In this document: piece by piece, positions 14,232 to 27,029 of the stretch
Layout of the letters: each line of letters begins with the position of its first letter
Position numbering within the stretch: the stretch's first letter is position 1
NCBI GenBank assembly: GCA_964270895.1
Contig: OZ185437.1
Direction: 5' to 3' (one strand)
From: Podarcis filfolensis
Lineage: Eukaryota
Length of the DNA stretch: 64,000 bases
Notes under the pieces: model-generated
What the model was told of the DNA's origin: nothing
What the model saw: the letters and a program-made list of their open reading frames with translations, nothing else
Database searches by the model: none
Position numbers and translations under genes: made by a program

Positions 14232-15064
14232 CCTAAGAGTTTTCAACAGAAAGGGTGCATGCAGGCCCCACTGATGCAAAACTTAGGTTGCTAGTTAGGA
14301 GGTTGAAAGCTAGAATCTTCAAAGTAGCTTTATCTGAAAAGCTACCTATACCATTCATAGGGCCGGCTGGACAGGCACAGCTCAGGGGGGACTTCAGCAA
14401 GTGAATGAGACAGTAATGTTTGTATGAGGGTGGTGGTGGATTTGTTTGGTACTGCTGGGGGGCGCATATGGGTATAAACCAGCCCCGTAGAACTGGGAGG
14501 GCTCTACTTAAACCAGACTAGAACAAAAATGTTGCTGTTTAAAAACAAAAAGGTCGAAGAGCAGTTTTTAATTGATAACTGGGAGAAGGCTGATGAATGT
14601 TCAAGATATATCATTCTGAAGGGTTGAGGGTGAAAACGATTGAATGTTCAAATGGAAGAGGGCAGAACTAGACAATGCAAGTGCAGGTGGGCATAATAGC
14701 CATTCAGAGAATCCAGGTTGCTTTAGATCAAAACATATGTGCCAAAGACATTTGCAGAGATGCACTGTATACCAATGTTTAAATGCTAATGCTAGCGGTA
14801 TCCAGATCAAGATGGGTGGGCTGGGGTGCTTGGTTTTAAAGAAAAGCATAGATAGGTATTGTGCTCATAGCAGAAACATGGTGAAAATAAGTGAATTAAT
14901 GGGACACTGGTGTCTGTGGATATAAACTCCACAGAATACACACATACACTAGTAGCTTTTGAATTGGTGTTGGTAACCTAGTGTGTAGCAGCTGTGTAGA
15001 AAAGCTAATTCCATTTTAGAAATCATTATGAAAGGGATGGAAAAATAAAACTGCCTGCCCCATG

Positions 15065-15154
15065 ATGCTTTCCCAGCCTACCTGGAGTTGCTAGGGATTG
15101 AACCTCTGAGGCCTTTTGTATGCAAATCATATGCTTGACCACTGAGCTTTAGCC
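15065..15154 (-). mobile_element. tRNA-derived SINE head fragment
   Basis: Reverse complement resembles the head of the 12743 SINE (ggctaaagctcagtggtcaagcatatgatttgcatacaaaaggcc...ggttcaatccc). Confidence 0.7.
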
Positions 15155-16324
15155 ATTTTCTCAAAGCTTACATTGTGTTAAATCAGCATTGTTTTCCCCA
15201 TACTACTCCCTGTTTTTGACCTCTTAGTACAGTGATTCCCATTGCGGGTCAGGGCATCCCTGGGGGTCTGCGGAACAAACCATCCCCTTGTCAGGGACTC
15301 ACTTACCTTGTTAATTGCACGGTGAAAGCCTTACATGGACCATCCAGCGTCTGCTCCCAACCAGCACTTGATTGAGTGCCCACAATGCAGTTTACTGAGC
15401 AGTGCGCTAAGAAATTATTAATCCTGAGAGTTGTAATTTCCTTTCCTGATGTTAGTAAATAATACTAGACTTTAAGGCTAGCTTCAAAGATAACTTCCCT
15501 ATTGCCTGGAGCCAGTTTCAGAAGTTGCAACAAGTGAAAAAATTAACTCAAAAATTAAGGTATGCTAGACGACAAAACAAGCAAAGTTCATTTTCAACTA
15601 TGTGATAAAACATTTTCAAGGAAAAATATGACTAAAATGGTCACATTAGTGCATGTCGTTTTTTTCAAGAAGTTATCATAGTAGAATATTTCTACTTTCA
15701 GAAACAAAAATGTAAACGCAAAGCTAGATAATTTTAAAATCTCTGGCAGCATACTCTGCCAGTCGAGCAGTCAAGTCTTTCAAATGTAAGGTCATGTGAC
15801 TGACACATTTGTCCTCTAAAGAGAGGACATGCAATTCTTTCTTTAGTACTCTGTATTTTTAACTGGCTGAATGCAAGTCTTAGCCAGAAGTAAGATGAGC
15901 TGTAGCTACCCAACAGAAATAGCATTATCAGCATTCTGGAATTTATATGCTGGTAACAACAAAACACTAGTGGAAAATAACTTGACTTGGGTTTATAATG
16001 TGTCTTGTTTAAGCTGAGTAACTTTATTTGTTGTGAATGTACCTTTTTATAACGAAGTTCTTTCTGCACGGGGTGCACACTGGTCTGTAATATGTATTAT
16101 CTCTGGCGGTTTAGAGGATGCATACGTTTGAGTAATGGCATAAGAAGAGCCCTGCTGAATCAGATTAAAGCCTATCCTTTTACTAGATGCTAGTGAAAAT
16201 TCCACAAACAGGAAATGAGCACAATAGACCTTTCCCCTGTTCAGAGTAGTACTGTTTCTGATCCTGGAGGTAGTATGTAGCCATCACCACCACTACCACT
16301 ACTAGTTGTTGTTGTCGTCGTCAT

Positions 16325-17245
16325 CGTTATTATATCACCCATCATCAGTAGATCTTAGGATGGTTCACAACGTCAAAATACAATATGAAAAACACAAAAT
16401 ACGTAATAAAAATAATAACAAAAAAAATCAAAAATAACTCCTCCCACAACACATTCAAAAGGGTATTGGGTGTTAATCAGCCAAAGGCCTGGTTGAAGAG
16501 AAATGTTTTTGCCTGGTGCCTAAAGGAGTATAATGCCAGACAAACCTCACTGGGAAGAACATTTCACAAACAGGGAGCCACTGCAAAAAAGGCCCGTTCT
16601 CATGTTGCACCCTCCAGATCTCTTGTGGAGGAGGTCCATGAAGAAGGACCTCAGAAGATGATCTCAGTAACCAGGTTGGTTCATATGGAGATAGGAAGTC
16701 CTTGAGGCATTGCGGTCCTGAGCCATTTAAGGCTTTATAGGTCAAAACGCCTAGGGATGCGGGTGGCGCTGTGGGTTAAACCACAGAGCCTAGGACTTGC
16801 TGATCAGATGGTCGGTGGTTCGAATCCCCGCGATGGGGTGAGCTCCCTTTGTTCGGTCCCTGCTCCTGCCAACCTAGCAGTTCAAAAGCATGCCAGTGCA
16901 AGTAGATAAATAGGTACCGCTCCGGCGGGAAGGTAAATGGCGCTTCCGTGCGCTGCTCTGGTTCACCAGAAGCGTCTTAGTCATGCTGGCCACATGGCCT
17001 GGAAGCCGTACGCCAGCTCCCTCAGCCAATAAAGCGAGATGAGCGCCGCAACCCCAGAGTCGGTCACGACTGGACCTAATGGTCAGGGGTCCCTTTACCT
17101 TTACTAGGTCAGAACCAGCACTTGAATTGGCCCTGGAAGCTAGTTGACAGCCAGTGCAGTTTGGGCCAGCATCAGTGTAATAGGCTCAAAATGTCTTGCT
17201 CTAGTGAACAACCTGGCCACCGAATTCTGCACCAGGTGAAGTTAA
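16325..17245 (-). mobile_element. L2 LINE 3' fragment interrupted by a Sauria SINE
   Basis: ORF 16473..16745 TYKALNGSGPQCLKDFLSPYEPTWLLRSS matches the L2 ORF2 C-terminal pattern (FKALHGLAPxYL...PxRxLRS); sequence resumes after the SINE at 17105. Confidence 0.8.
16754..17104 (+). mobile_element. Sauria SINE (Squam1), full length
   Basis: gggatgcgggtggcgctgtgggttaaacc head, B-box ggttcgaatcc, tail ggtcaggggtccctttacctttac; near-TSD taggtcaaaac/taggtcagaac. Confidence 0.95.
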
Positions 17246-18470
17246 TAGCCTTATTTCCCATGAGTTGGCCCAATCTCCTTTTAAAGCTGTCTTAAATTGG
17301 AGGTTATCACTGTGGAATCCAATTCCATAGATTAATTAGTGAACTGTATTAGATTACGTAGGTGTATTCTGCAAGAGAAGCATTTATTTGTAGGACCACA
17401 CATCCAAATAAGCAATCTCTAAATTTTGTACCTTAGAAATTCCAAATATGGGCACCCTTTTTCTTAAAAAACAAAAACAAGCAAACAGATAAGACGCACC
17501 TGTATCCTTGCCGGCCAGGGGCAAACTTTTAAAGGAAAGATGGCACCTCATATGAAATGGCAAACAAAACGCCATACCTCCAATTTACTACCTGCCTTTC
17601 TGTCAAAGAACTGCAAACTGTCTAAAGTACTTGGATCTGAGTAGGGTCAACTTGGTAACTTCCTTTCATGGGTATCTCAGCTTCCATCACCAGGGTTCCC
17701 ATGGCGGGGCTTGGTATTCAGTTGCTGTGCAAATAGTGTGGTGAGCTTAAATCTTTATACATTTTTTTGTATAAACAGCTCACATTAACTCGTGTTCATG
17801 CCCAAAGAATATGGTTTTTAGCCCCTCTTATGTAGAGCAGTGTTACCAAAAACTAAGTCAATATTTAGAATTATATAAGTTCCATGGTAGTGACTCTGAA
17901 CCTGGACATATACAAATGTATTCACTCCTGGCACTTTATCTTGTTGCATGTTAAATAACTAGAAAAAGGAATCATGGGGAAAGTTGCAATTAGAGCAAGT
18001 ATCATTAAATACAAAATGTCCAAGTGAAGAGAAATGTAAGGAGATAATGCTAGCTCCCCCCACCCTCGGTGTGTCTTTAACATTGTGACCATTAAATTTG
18101 TCAGTGAAATAGTCTTTGCATATCATTTGAACTGATAGCTTACTTTGAAAAAGATAAGGCAGTAGCGTTGGCTAAAAAATAATGATGTCAATTTACTTTT
18201 GCTTGGCCTAAGCACTGTAATGTGCATCACAGATTTATTCCAAAGAAAGTATGCCATATCATATTAGTTTGGTGCCGCATATCCTGCTGAGGTATTTGCA
18301 GGGATCCAAACTTGACTTTCATATTTATTTTTTAGTTACCAAGTTGTATCAGAAAAGTACAACGGGGTTGACAGTTTGAGTGTCCACAAATATTTAAGTC
18401 AGAAATAGTATGTCTTCTTTTCATTTGGTATCCATTCTTAGCTGTTAGTAGTAATTTTTGTTTACTTTCG

Positions 18471-18640
18471 GGAAGGATCACAGCTCAGTGGTAGAGCTTA
18501 TTGCATTGCATTGGAAGGTTGCAGGTTCAACCCCTGGCAATGTCTCCTGCTTGAAACCCTAGACAGGCCCTGCCACTCAGTGTAGGCAATACAGAGCTAT
18601 ATAAAACAGTGGTCTGACTCAGTAAAAGATACCTTCTTAT
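18471..18640 (+). mobile_element. squamate tRNA-derived SINE
   Basis: cagctcagtggtagagc...ggttcaacccctggca...ttgaaacccta...cagtgtaggcaatacagagcta...ggtctgactcagtaaaag; same family as 12743. Confidence 0.8.
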
Positions 18641-18864
18641 CTACTATTCTTCTGCAAGTGCACTTAGTTGAACATAATCCATGCTCATTCCCTATCACAA
18701 TTCCTTTTTCTTATTGGGGGTTATTTCTGTAAATCCTGTTGTTTCCTAAAATGGCTACATTTCTTTCAGAACTTTCTTCATAAATTCATTTCTTGAATGA
18801 ATCTTTCCCATCTTTAATGGTACCAGTCAGTTGTTCCCAAAGTTGCTTTGGTGCATCCCATCTG

Positions 18865-18925
18865 GGCTGCAAGAATCATAGAATCGTACTCTAGTCCAAC
18901 CTCCTGCAATGCAGGAATCTCAACA
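18865..18925 (-). mobile_element. CR1-tailed SINE fragment
   Basis: aatcatagaatcgta...tagtccaacctcctgcaatgcaggaatct is the reverse complement of the tail at 58539-58680. Confidence 0.55.
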
Positions 18926-19177
18926 GTAAGTAGGAGTGGGTGGCAGGAACTACCAGAGAGTAAGACCCATTGGCAGCACTGCAGAACTGTTGTGTTGCAA
19001 TTGGGCAAGGAAACGAGTGGGAAAAGCCTCTCCCAAGCATCCTTCCTTTGTCGCAGCCTGTTTTAAGAGTACTGGTAACTATAAAACCACATGATAATTT
19101 TTTGTCTTATACCAATGTTCCATTTTCACAGTTTTCTCACAGTGTTTTTGTGGGTCCTCGCAAGTTAAATGCCAGTA

Positions 19178-19385
19178 CAGTGGTACCTCTACTTACACAC
19201 ACACCTGGTTACGTATCCTTCGGGATACGCACGTGGCAAAACGTGAAGTATATTTTCAGGTTTCTCCGCATGCGCAGAAGCGCTCTACTGCGTGCATGCA
19301 CAGAACAGGCACCTCCGGTTGCAAAAACCTCGGGATCCAACCGGAGCTGTGGAACGGATCCCGTCTGCAACTGGAGGTACCACTG
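19178..19385. mobile_element. Tc1/mariner MITE (same TIR family as 6326)
   Basis: TA-CAGTGGTACCTC ... GAGGTACCACTG-TA. Confidence 0.9.
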
Positions 19386-19541
19386 TATTTTGATCTTAAT
19401 GATGTGTAACATTTTTGTCTCAAAGTTAGAACATAATACTGGATTCGCAACAAAATGTTGTAGTGTGGAGTGCTGCTGTTTCGACTTCTAGCCCCTCTAG
19501 CAGTCAGCATACTGTGACAACTGAGAACACTATGACCTCTT

Positions 19542-19801
19542 TAGAACTGGGTGATATATTGCCCAAATTCACTTTCGAGTCTATATCATGATACACATTT
19601 CATAGTTTTTGACCTGGCAATATATTGCAATTCATGGTGTGTGCATGCTATGCAAAAATCACAATGTGGGAAAAACCTCAAAGACAACCAGTGGCTCGAC
19701 AAAGCTCCATCCTAAATTCAGACATTGTGATATATCAGTATATTGTGATATTTAGCTGGTGATAATAGTGCATTGTTGAAACCAGGTATCACCCAGCCCT
19801 A
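19542..19801. mobile_element. old hAT-like MITE
   Basis: TIRs tagaactgggtgatat / gtatcacccagcccta; decayed 8-bp TSD gacctctt / gagctcgt. Confidence 0.6.
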
Positions 19802-20022
19802 GAGCTCGTGGGCTGTTTTTGGAATCACCCCGCTTTCCTAACTATTTTTTGTATTTCTGCAGATGGTTAGTGTCCACCAAAGCTTGGTGGTACCTCCCTC
19901 TTGCACACGAGTGGTGCCTTTTTGACTACATAAACAACAGCACTCATAGTCTGGGCATTGTAGACAGAGGGAATGACAGTGTACTCTTGAAGCTCCAGTG
20001 CATATGTGGAAAAGTCGCTTTA

Positions 20023-20147
20023 GAGATAGCACATTCAGTAGAGCGGGTTCGTGGGTTTGAGCCCTACTTCAGGCAAAAAAGATTCTTGCATTGCAGGTGG
20101 TTGAACTAGATGACCTCTTGGCCCTTTCCAACTCTACAATTCTATGA
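20023..20147 (+). mobile_element. tRNA-head/CR1-tail SINE
   Basis: gggtttgagccc head remnant, then ttcttgcattgcaggtggttgaactagatgacc...ttccaactctacaattctatga (CR1 3' end). Confidence 0.7.
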
Positions 20148-20364
20148 ATGTTATATGGAAGCTGTTTGATTGTTGTTATTTGTGCTGGGCAACTGTGGGT
20201 GATTAGCTTGTGATTAATCACTTTTATGTGCTCAAGATTCTTGCTCTTGTTGTCTGGTGGAAAAAAATCTCTTACATGGAATTCTCCCATACTTGCATGT
20301 GAAGTTCAAAAATGATTTCAACTAGGTTTTACTGTATGAAATATATATAAATATATAGTAGATC

Positions 20365-20367
<3 letters not shown>

Positions 20368-20399
<32 letters not shown>

Positions 20400-20410
20400 T
20401 ATAGTAGATC

Positions 20411-20449
<39 letters not shown>
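20368..20449. repeat. two (TG)n tracts, each preceded by tatagtagatc
   Basis: Direct reading: 20368-20395 and 20413-20449. Confidence 0.95.
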
Positions 20450-20452
<3 letters not shown>

Positions 20453-21256
20453 GATTCACTGTAGTTTCAGTAAAACCTAGCTTTTATCTAACATTTATAG
20501 CATAGTAAAAAGTATCAGAAAATCCAGTGCAAAATCTTAACAGCATATAATATGGTCTTCAATGTTACTAGAGACTAGAATTCAACAATTTCTTTGCCCG
20601 CCCCCTCCAATTATTAACAAGAACACTAAACTTTTCAATTATGTGAGTGTTTAGTGTGTTAGAGAAGAAAAGCTAGTTAGACAATAAAAGGTTTGCCAAC
20701 TATATTAAACTAATAAAAACCATGCTTTGTCAGACTTTCCAGAAGTCTACTTACAGCAGCACCTTAGCAGTATAAATTACGGTACTTTATTCATTGATAC
20801 AGACTTACATGTAGTCTGGTTTCCGTTGAAGATTCTTCATCTCCCTTTTGCACCCTCAGTTTCACCCTCTTTGAAGGAGAATGCTTACAGAAATTTCTGA
20901 CATTGGGAAACATGCTTTTTAGTAAATTGAGAGGAGAGGTATTGGCCAAAGAAAACAATTAAAAAATTGTGGTGTGCTTTTACACCATAAATTGTTTTAA
21001 CTTGTGTTTCTGGATCACAAAAAAGAATTATACAATTTTCAGCATTTGAAAAGAAAAGACTGTGGAACAATTATTATTGTCCTTGAACATTAATGAAACA
21101 TTTAATTAAAAACACCACCTAATTTTAAATGATGGCATAATAAACAAAAACTACATTGTGGGCCATGCAGCCATCTTTATAGAGAGAGTTTTGTAAACCA
21201 AATATATGGGTAAGTATCATTTCAAAATGATACAATATCCACAGCCATGGTAGAAG

Positions 21257-21403
21257 CAGTGGTGTAGCATGGGTTGTCAGCACCCAGGGCAAGGCAAGTA
21301 ATTTGTGCCCCCTAACCCGTGGATTTGCGCCCCCTAACCCTAACCCCCAGATGTTGCGCCCGGTGCGGCCGGCCCCCCCTGCACCCACCACGCTACGCCA
21401 CTG
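21257..21403. mobile_element. hAT MITE with perfect 8-bp TSD and internal CCCTAA hexamers
   Basis: TSD GGTAGAAG at 21249-21256 and 21404-21411; TIRs CAGTGGTGTAGCATGG / CCACGCTACGCCACTG. Confidence 0.9.
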
Positions 21404-22314
21404 GGTAGAAGCAAAATTATCAGGTGATATAGGCAACCCCACCTTCTGACAAGATAGAAGTGGGAGGTGGGGGTGTTGCAGTATTTGCTGCATTTCCTGT
21501 ACATAAGATTATCTTTCATAAGTTTATACTTACTATCCATTAAAGCTGCAAAATAAATCCAAATACAGAATTAAACACCTTGCTATTTGTAGCTTTGTGA
21601 TCTGTCAGCACAAGACTGCTGTAATTGTAGAAATTGTGTCTGTTAAAGTTTTAGCAACTGAACTATGGACTTTGAATCCAGATGGAAAACAGCATTTGTG
21701 TGCATGGATAGTAACTTTGGAAATATGTCGTCTGCAGATGTCCCTGGCAGAAACAATATCTAAATGGTTTCCCCAATCTACCGTCAATAACTCTGTAACT
21801 GCTTGCAACTGCCAATTGTTATTTTTCTTTTGGGATTTAAAGAGATACTTACTTTATAAGACTTGATGGAAGCCCAAGATAACCTCATGTGCAGCTTCCA
21901 CTATACAACCATGTTTCATGCAAATAAAGTTTTCCGTTGCAGACTGCCTATAGCTCTGCATGTGTGCCTTTCATGCAGTTCTGTTTGATAAAGTCTATGG
22001 TATCCAAAATGTTGTGTGAAAGAGAGCAGCCTCCAATTCTGCTATGCTGTCCTTCTAAAAAGCTCAGTGCTGTTTAGAAGTTATGAATATTGGCTTCCTT
22101 CCAGTGTTCTTAGAATGTAGGAGGAGGTCCAAGAAGAGTAGTGTTTTAGATTTAGGACTGAAAAAATAGGGACCTCATGTAGGTAGAGTAGCATCTGAGG
22201 GAGTTTCTCTATTTTGCAAACATGTTTCCACTTCATATATTGAAATGTGATAAGCTTTTGCAAGTGCATTGATACTGTAAAATACTCTACTAATAGTCTA
22301 CTTTATTTGTTCAG

Positions 22315-22402
22315 GCAGAAGGAGAAGATAGCCTTAAAAAGATGCAGTTGATGGAACTTGCAATTCTCAATGGCACCTACAGAGACGCCAATATCAAATC
22401 AC
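22315..22402 (+). CDS. QKI: QKI exon 5 (88 nt; end of KH/QUA2 region)
   Basis: ttcAG|GCAGAA...TCAC|GTAAGT; translates [29 protein letters not shown](P), the vertebrate QKI QUA2 sequence; missed by the ORF track; exon number follows the human gene. Confidence 0.97.
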
Positions 22403-23952
22403 GTAAGTACAACAGAAATGTGGGGGTTTTATATGGGAGGATGCTTTTAAGTTGTGTTTGTTCGCACTAGATTGGAAGACAAAATATTGCCTGTGTTACA
22501 TATGTAGCCCACTGACCCCTTATAGATCTTGCCATTTCCATAATCTTGACTCCTACACAGAAAACATCTCATGAATGTGCTTCACATGCCCTATCTTGCT
22601 TTTCCAGAATGTGCACACTCTCAGTTTGTGTAGTAATATGATACTGCTGTACTTATAATGTCATGGCATCATACAAAGTGAGCAAAGCATGCTGCTGAGA
22701 GGATTGGGATTAGGCACATTTCTTTCACATCTTAACTCTCCTTAAGAGTATCTTTAAATATTGATCTAGCTGTGTAAGACCCACTTTTCTTAGAAGGGCT
22801 TCTGCATGACTGGGGTTAACTTAGATCTAGCCATGTGAGCAGAGGCGGATTGTATGGTTGCTGGCAAAAGAATTGGCACCTGCAAGGAAGGGTATATATG
22901 CCAGTGCTGTAGGAAAAACCCACTGAATAAGCTACCCTCTCTTAGTTCCAAGAAGGACCAGTTTAAAAATAAAATAAATGTTTTGAAGATATTTAATATA
23001 TAGTTAGTGCTTTCTGTGTAATTATTGGCATGTTTTCCCTTTTTTCAACTCTTCAGCTATGAGTTCAGTCATATATTTTTTGCAATGGTTCTTAGTTTCA
23101 TTCAGCATGTTTTCAGAAACTGCATATTCAAGGTTATCTTAAAACTAAATGTCTTGCACTAATTGGGTTAGATTTCAGTCATGTTTGAAACATAATTAAC
23201 GGGCAAATCATTGCACTTTGAGGGTAAGAGTAGTCAGCCTAATCACTAATTGATATGGGCAATAATTTTTCCTGTCACTGCCTTCTTTCACTTAATGAAC
23301 CACAGTCTCGCATAACAAACCCAACAGAGACTTACATAATGCAACTAAGTTAGCTCATTCTGTTAGCTTTAACACAGAGCTTGTCCAGAGAAAAATGGAT
23401 TTCTGGTGTGTTAAGGGGACCTAAAATTATTCTTAGGCTTTGATCAGTGTGTTGGAGGCTCCAGATGCATGCATTTAGGAAAACCGCTTTCATTGAAAAG
23501 AGGTGAAATGTTAACAAAAAATTATCTTCCTGCTGTTCTAGTGTCTCTTGATATCATCTGTATATGTTTAAACTGTGCTTAAATTGGTTAAAAGAACTTA
23601 ACACTGAAATCCTGTCTATACTTGGGAGTAATTTCTAAGTAAATATGTATTGGTTAAAACCTACAAGTCTAATTGATGCATATGGGACCTTGCAATCCAA
23701 TTAAAGCTCAGCTGATTTTCAGTGATTTTTGTGGAGTGTCTTACAGGTAGATTTCCCAGTAGCTGAATTTTTCTTACATTTTAGGCGTGTATCTTGAAGC
23801 TTGCTTGGAACATTAGCAGTCCCTGGATTATTTGCTTTCTTTAAGTGGATGTAGTAGTGGTGGTGATGGGAGGTTCTAGCTGCTGTAGTTCTAGATATAG
23901 TGGAAATGTGCAAGCAATATTATGTTGATGTTTTCAGTAAAGTCTGATTTAT

Positions 23953-24088
23953 TCCCAGGCACCTCTGGGTACGGCTGGAAAAGACTCCTGTCTGAAACCG
24001 GGAGAGTTGCTTTAAGTCAGTATAGACAATACTAAGCTAGATAGATCAGTGTTCTGACTAAATAAGGTAGCTTCATTCATATGTTCAT
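23953..24088 (+). mobile_element. 5'-truncated squamate tRNA-derived SINE
   Basis: ggctggaaaagactcctgtctgaaacc...gtcagtatagacaatactaagctagat...ataaggtagcttc...tatgttc. Confidence 0.75.
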
Positions 24089-24329
24089 ATAATTTGAGGG
24101 TCTGTACTGTGGCGTGTAGGGAGATACTCTTAACTAAAGGTAGGGTTAGCAGCTTTTTTCTCTACCAAATATTTGGCACATAGTGTTATGTGCCTCTGAG
24201 CATATGCAGAATGCATTTCCTTGGTTAAGGGAGCTCTTCCTTGTTTACCCAGGTTTTTTTCAGAATCTAATTTCCTTCGATCTGTCTGCCTTCTTTAGGA
24301 TAGCAGTGGCCCTAAATGTGCTACACTGC

Positions 24330-25480
24330 CACATTTCTTTTCTTTTTTTTTATTTCTAGCCCGCTCTTCCTCCCAAAATCCAGGGCAGCAGTACAATAAA
24401 GTTGATACTGAGGGGTAAGCTCCCAGGGGTTAAGGAACTTAGGTCCCAGGGTTTTGAGGGCTTTGTATGCTAGTAACAACACTTTGAATTGGGCAAAGAA
24501 GCATACTTGCAGCCCGTGTGGTGCTTTTAGGACCAGTAATACATGGTCCTGTTGGGTTGCCCCACTCAATAACCACACAGTGAGCACATTACAGTAGTCC
24601 AGGCAGGATGTCACTAGAGAATAGACAACTGAGGCCAGACCTTCCCAGTCCAGGAACATCTATAGCAGGCAAACCAGCCTAAGCTGGGCACAATCACGTC
24701 TAGCCACAGAAGCCACTTTGGACTCCATTGACAGGTTGGAATCCAGCAATACTCCCAGAGTGTAAACATGTTCCTTCATGTGGAGTGCAGGCATCCTCCC
24801 CCCACAAAAAAGGTTGTCTGTCTAATAATTCCTGGACACGGGTACTACCCAGCCACAGTACTTCTGTTTGGTTAGAATTCAACCTCAGTTTATTAGCCCG
24901 TCACTGCTTCAAGCACTAATCCAACACCTGCACAGTGTCTGCTGATTCAGGTGGAAGAGAGAGATCTGCATGGTATCAGCATGCTGAGGACATAATGATC
25001 AAAATCCCCACATGACAGTTCTGGATGATTTCATATAGCTGCTGGATAATGTTGGAGACAGAGTGGTACCTTGCAGGTCCCACAGTTCAAAAGCCATTGG
25101 CTGAGCAACCGTGTCCTAGTGCTACTTTTTGGTTGGAGCAGAGCCATTGTAATACAGTGCCTTGTAACTTTCACCTCCCTGCATCATTCCAGAAGCACAC
25201 CATGGATCATGGCATAAAAAACAATGGAGAGTTCAAGGAGACCAGCAGAGTTACACTGCTCTGTCTCTCTTCAAATAGAGGTCATTAGTCAGAGTGTACT
25301 TGGCTTTTTCAGTGCTAAAACAAGCCTGGCATGGGTCTAGATAGTTTGAACCTGGGCCACCTAGTTTAAGAGTAGAGAGCAAGTTTTCCCTTCTCCACAG
25401 AGGAGAGGCTTCTCTTCCATTCTCTTCTATAGAAACTAAGTAGACTCGCAAAATAGGCCTTTCTCTGCTAGCCCTTCTTA
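24330..25480 (-). mobile_element. degenerate L2 LINE (RT to C-terminal part)
   Basis: ORF 24321..24659 VVYSLVTSCLDYCN...QFKVLLLAYKALKTLGP matches L2 ORF2 (SRLDYCNSLL...FKVLLLTFKAL); upstream pieces decayed; boundaries approximate. Confidence 0.8.
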
Positions 25481-26132
25481 TGAGTAAAAAGCAGGCTAGC
25501 AAACATTTTGTAGACTACCAACTTTTTGGCTAATTTACCAGGCTGATCTTCGAGTCCGACCTGCCTAGGCTGTTAAAGTAAACAATACTAGGGTAGATGA
25601 ACGAGTGTCATAATTCATTAGTCTGCTGCATGTTTTCATAGTTGTGCCAGTCACCTTAGGGCCTATTCCTTCACTATGAGTGAGCACAGTGTTTGTGTGT
25701 TTGTGTGTTTGCATTTGCTTCACAGCATGCACATGCCCAACTGTACTACAAATGCAGCCACCACTACCGTGTGGCATTTAGAAAAGCAAGTATGTGCTGT
25801 AACAGCATACATATATGACTAACAGCAAGAATGATTCAGCTGTATTTTACAGCCCCCCCCCCCACTTTTCATGGTTCCATTCTGGCAACTGGCCACAAGG
25901 ATAAAATTCAGACCAGGCACCCTTAAACGAGAGGTATTGTATAAAATTGATGCAGGTGTTAATGTTTATTTAGTAAAGGCAAACCTTGCAAGGTGCTTGT
26001 TGTCTGGTTGGTTCTAGCATAGGGTAATTTAGATATGAATATAGATATAGATACAGATCTAGAGACACCCCAACAGCACTGTAGCTAATCTGTTCTTATC
26101 CTATTTACTGTTTCATACCACTATGCCTAGCA

Positions 26133-26263
26133 CAGGGAAGGGGAACACATAAGCCTCCAAATGTTGCTAGACTCAAGCTCCCAACATCTCTAGCCAGCAT
26201 GGGCAATGGTCATGGGAACTGTAGTCTTGCAATATCTGGAGGGCAACAGGTTTCCTAGCCCTT
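26133..26263. mobile_element. palindromic hAT MITE (family of 45856)
   Basis: cagggaaggggaac...cctccaaatgttgctagactcaagctccc...gggaactgtagtc...atctggaggg...tttcctagccct. Confidence 0.7.
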
Positions 26264-26675
26264 GTCTAGTATATAAACTAACTATATCAAGATCAGTCCT
26301 GCATCTGAGGTAGGTCCTCCTAACAGAAGTGAATGGAATTAAAACAACAACAGCAGGATAGCTCTTGTAAACTCCCATCTAGTCATATATCTTTTACGGG
26401 CTTTGGTTGACCATGGCACCTAACTTTGAACCAATTTAGTCTAGCCTAGCAAGGCCTGGTTATTTGGTTCTCTAAATAACACCATGATAATTCTCTCAGA
26501 ATTACAACTTAAGAATTCTCTTTAGGGCTTTCCTTTCATTATTAGGTAACTTCTTGCTGTGAATGACCAGAAGTCAGGTGAGCATGTTTCAAGCTCTCAC
26601 TTTTCATAGGCCCAGCTGGGTCATAAGTAGCATACACTCCTTATGATCTGGCCAGGCTTCATTCATACTTGTATT

Positions 26676-27029
26676 GGTAAAGGTAAAGGTACCCCTGACC
26701 GTTAGGTCCAGTCGTGACCGACTCTGGGGTTGCAACGCTCATCTGGCTTTACTGGCCGAGGGAGCCGGCATACAGCTTCTGGGTCATGTGGCCAGCATAA
26801 CTAAGCTGCTTCTGGCGAACCAGAGCAGCACACGGAAATGCCGTTTACCTTCCCACCGGAGCAGTACCTATTTATCTACTTGCACTTTGACGTGCTTTCA
26901 AACTGCTAGGTGGGCAGGAGCAGGGACCGAGCAACGGGAGCTTACCCCATCGCGGGTATTCGAACCGCCGACCTTCTGATCGGCAAGCCCTAGGCTCAGT
27001 GGTTTAGACCACAGCGCCACCTTCATCCC
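26676..27029 (-). mobile_element. Sauria SINE (Squam1), full length
   Basis: ggtaaaggtaaaggtacccctgacc...cagcgccaccttcatccc is the reverse complement of the 16754 copy; candidate TSD tgtattggt. Confidence 0.95.

Noticed and set aside
18970-19491. Longest non-gap ORF (173 aa)
   Set aside because: Non-ATG start, runs across a mariner MITE, no recognisable domain, lies inside a QKI intron.
1-22314. Search for QKI exon 4 ([25 protein letters not shown]...) and earlier exons
   Set aside because: Not found by reading. Intron 4 is long in mammals, so exon 4 is probably upstream of the window.
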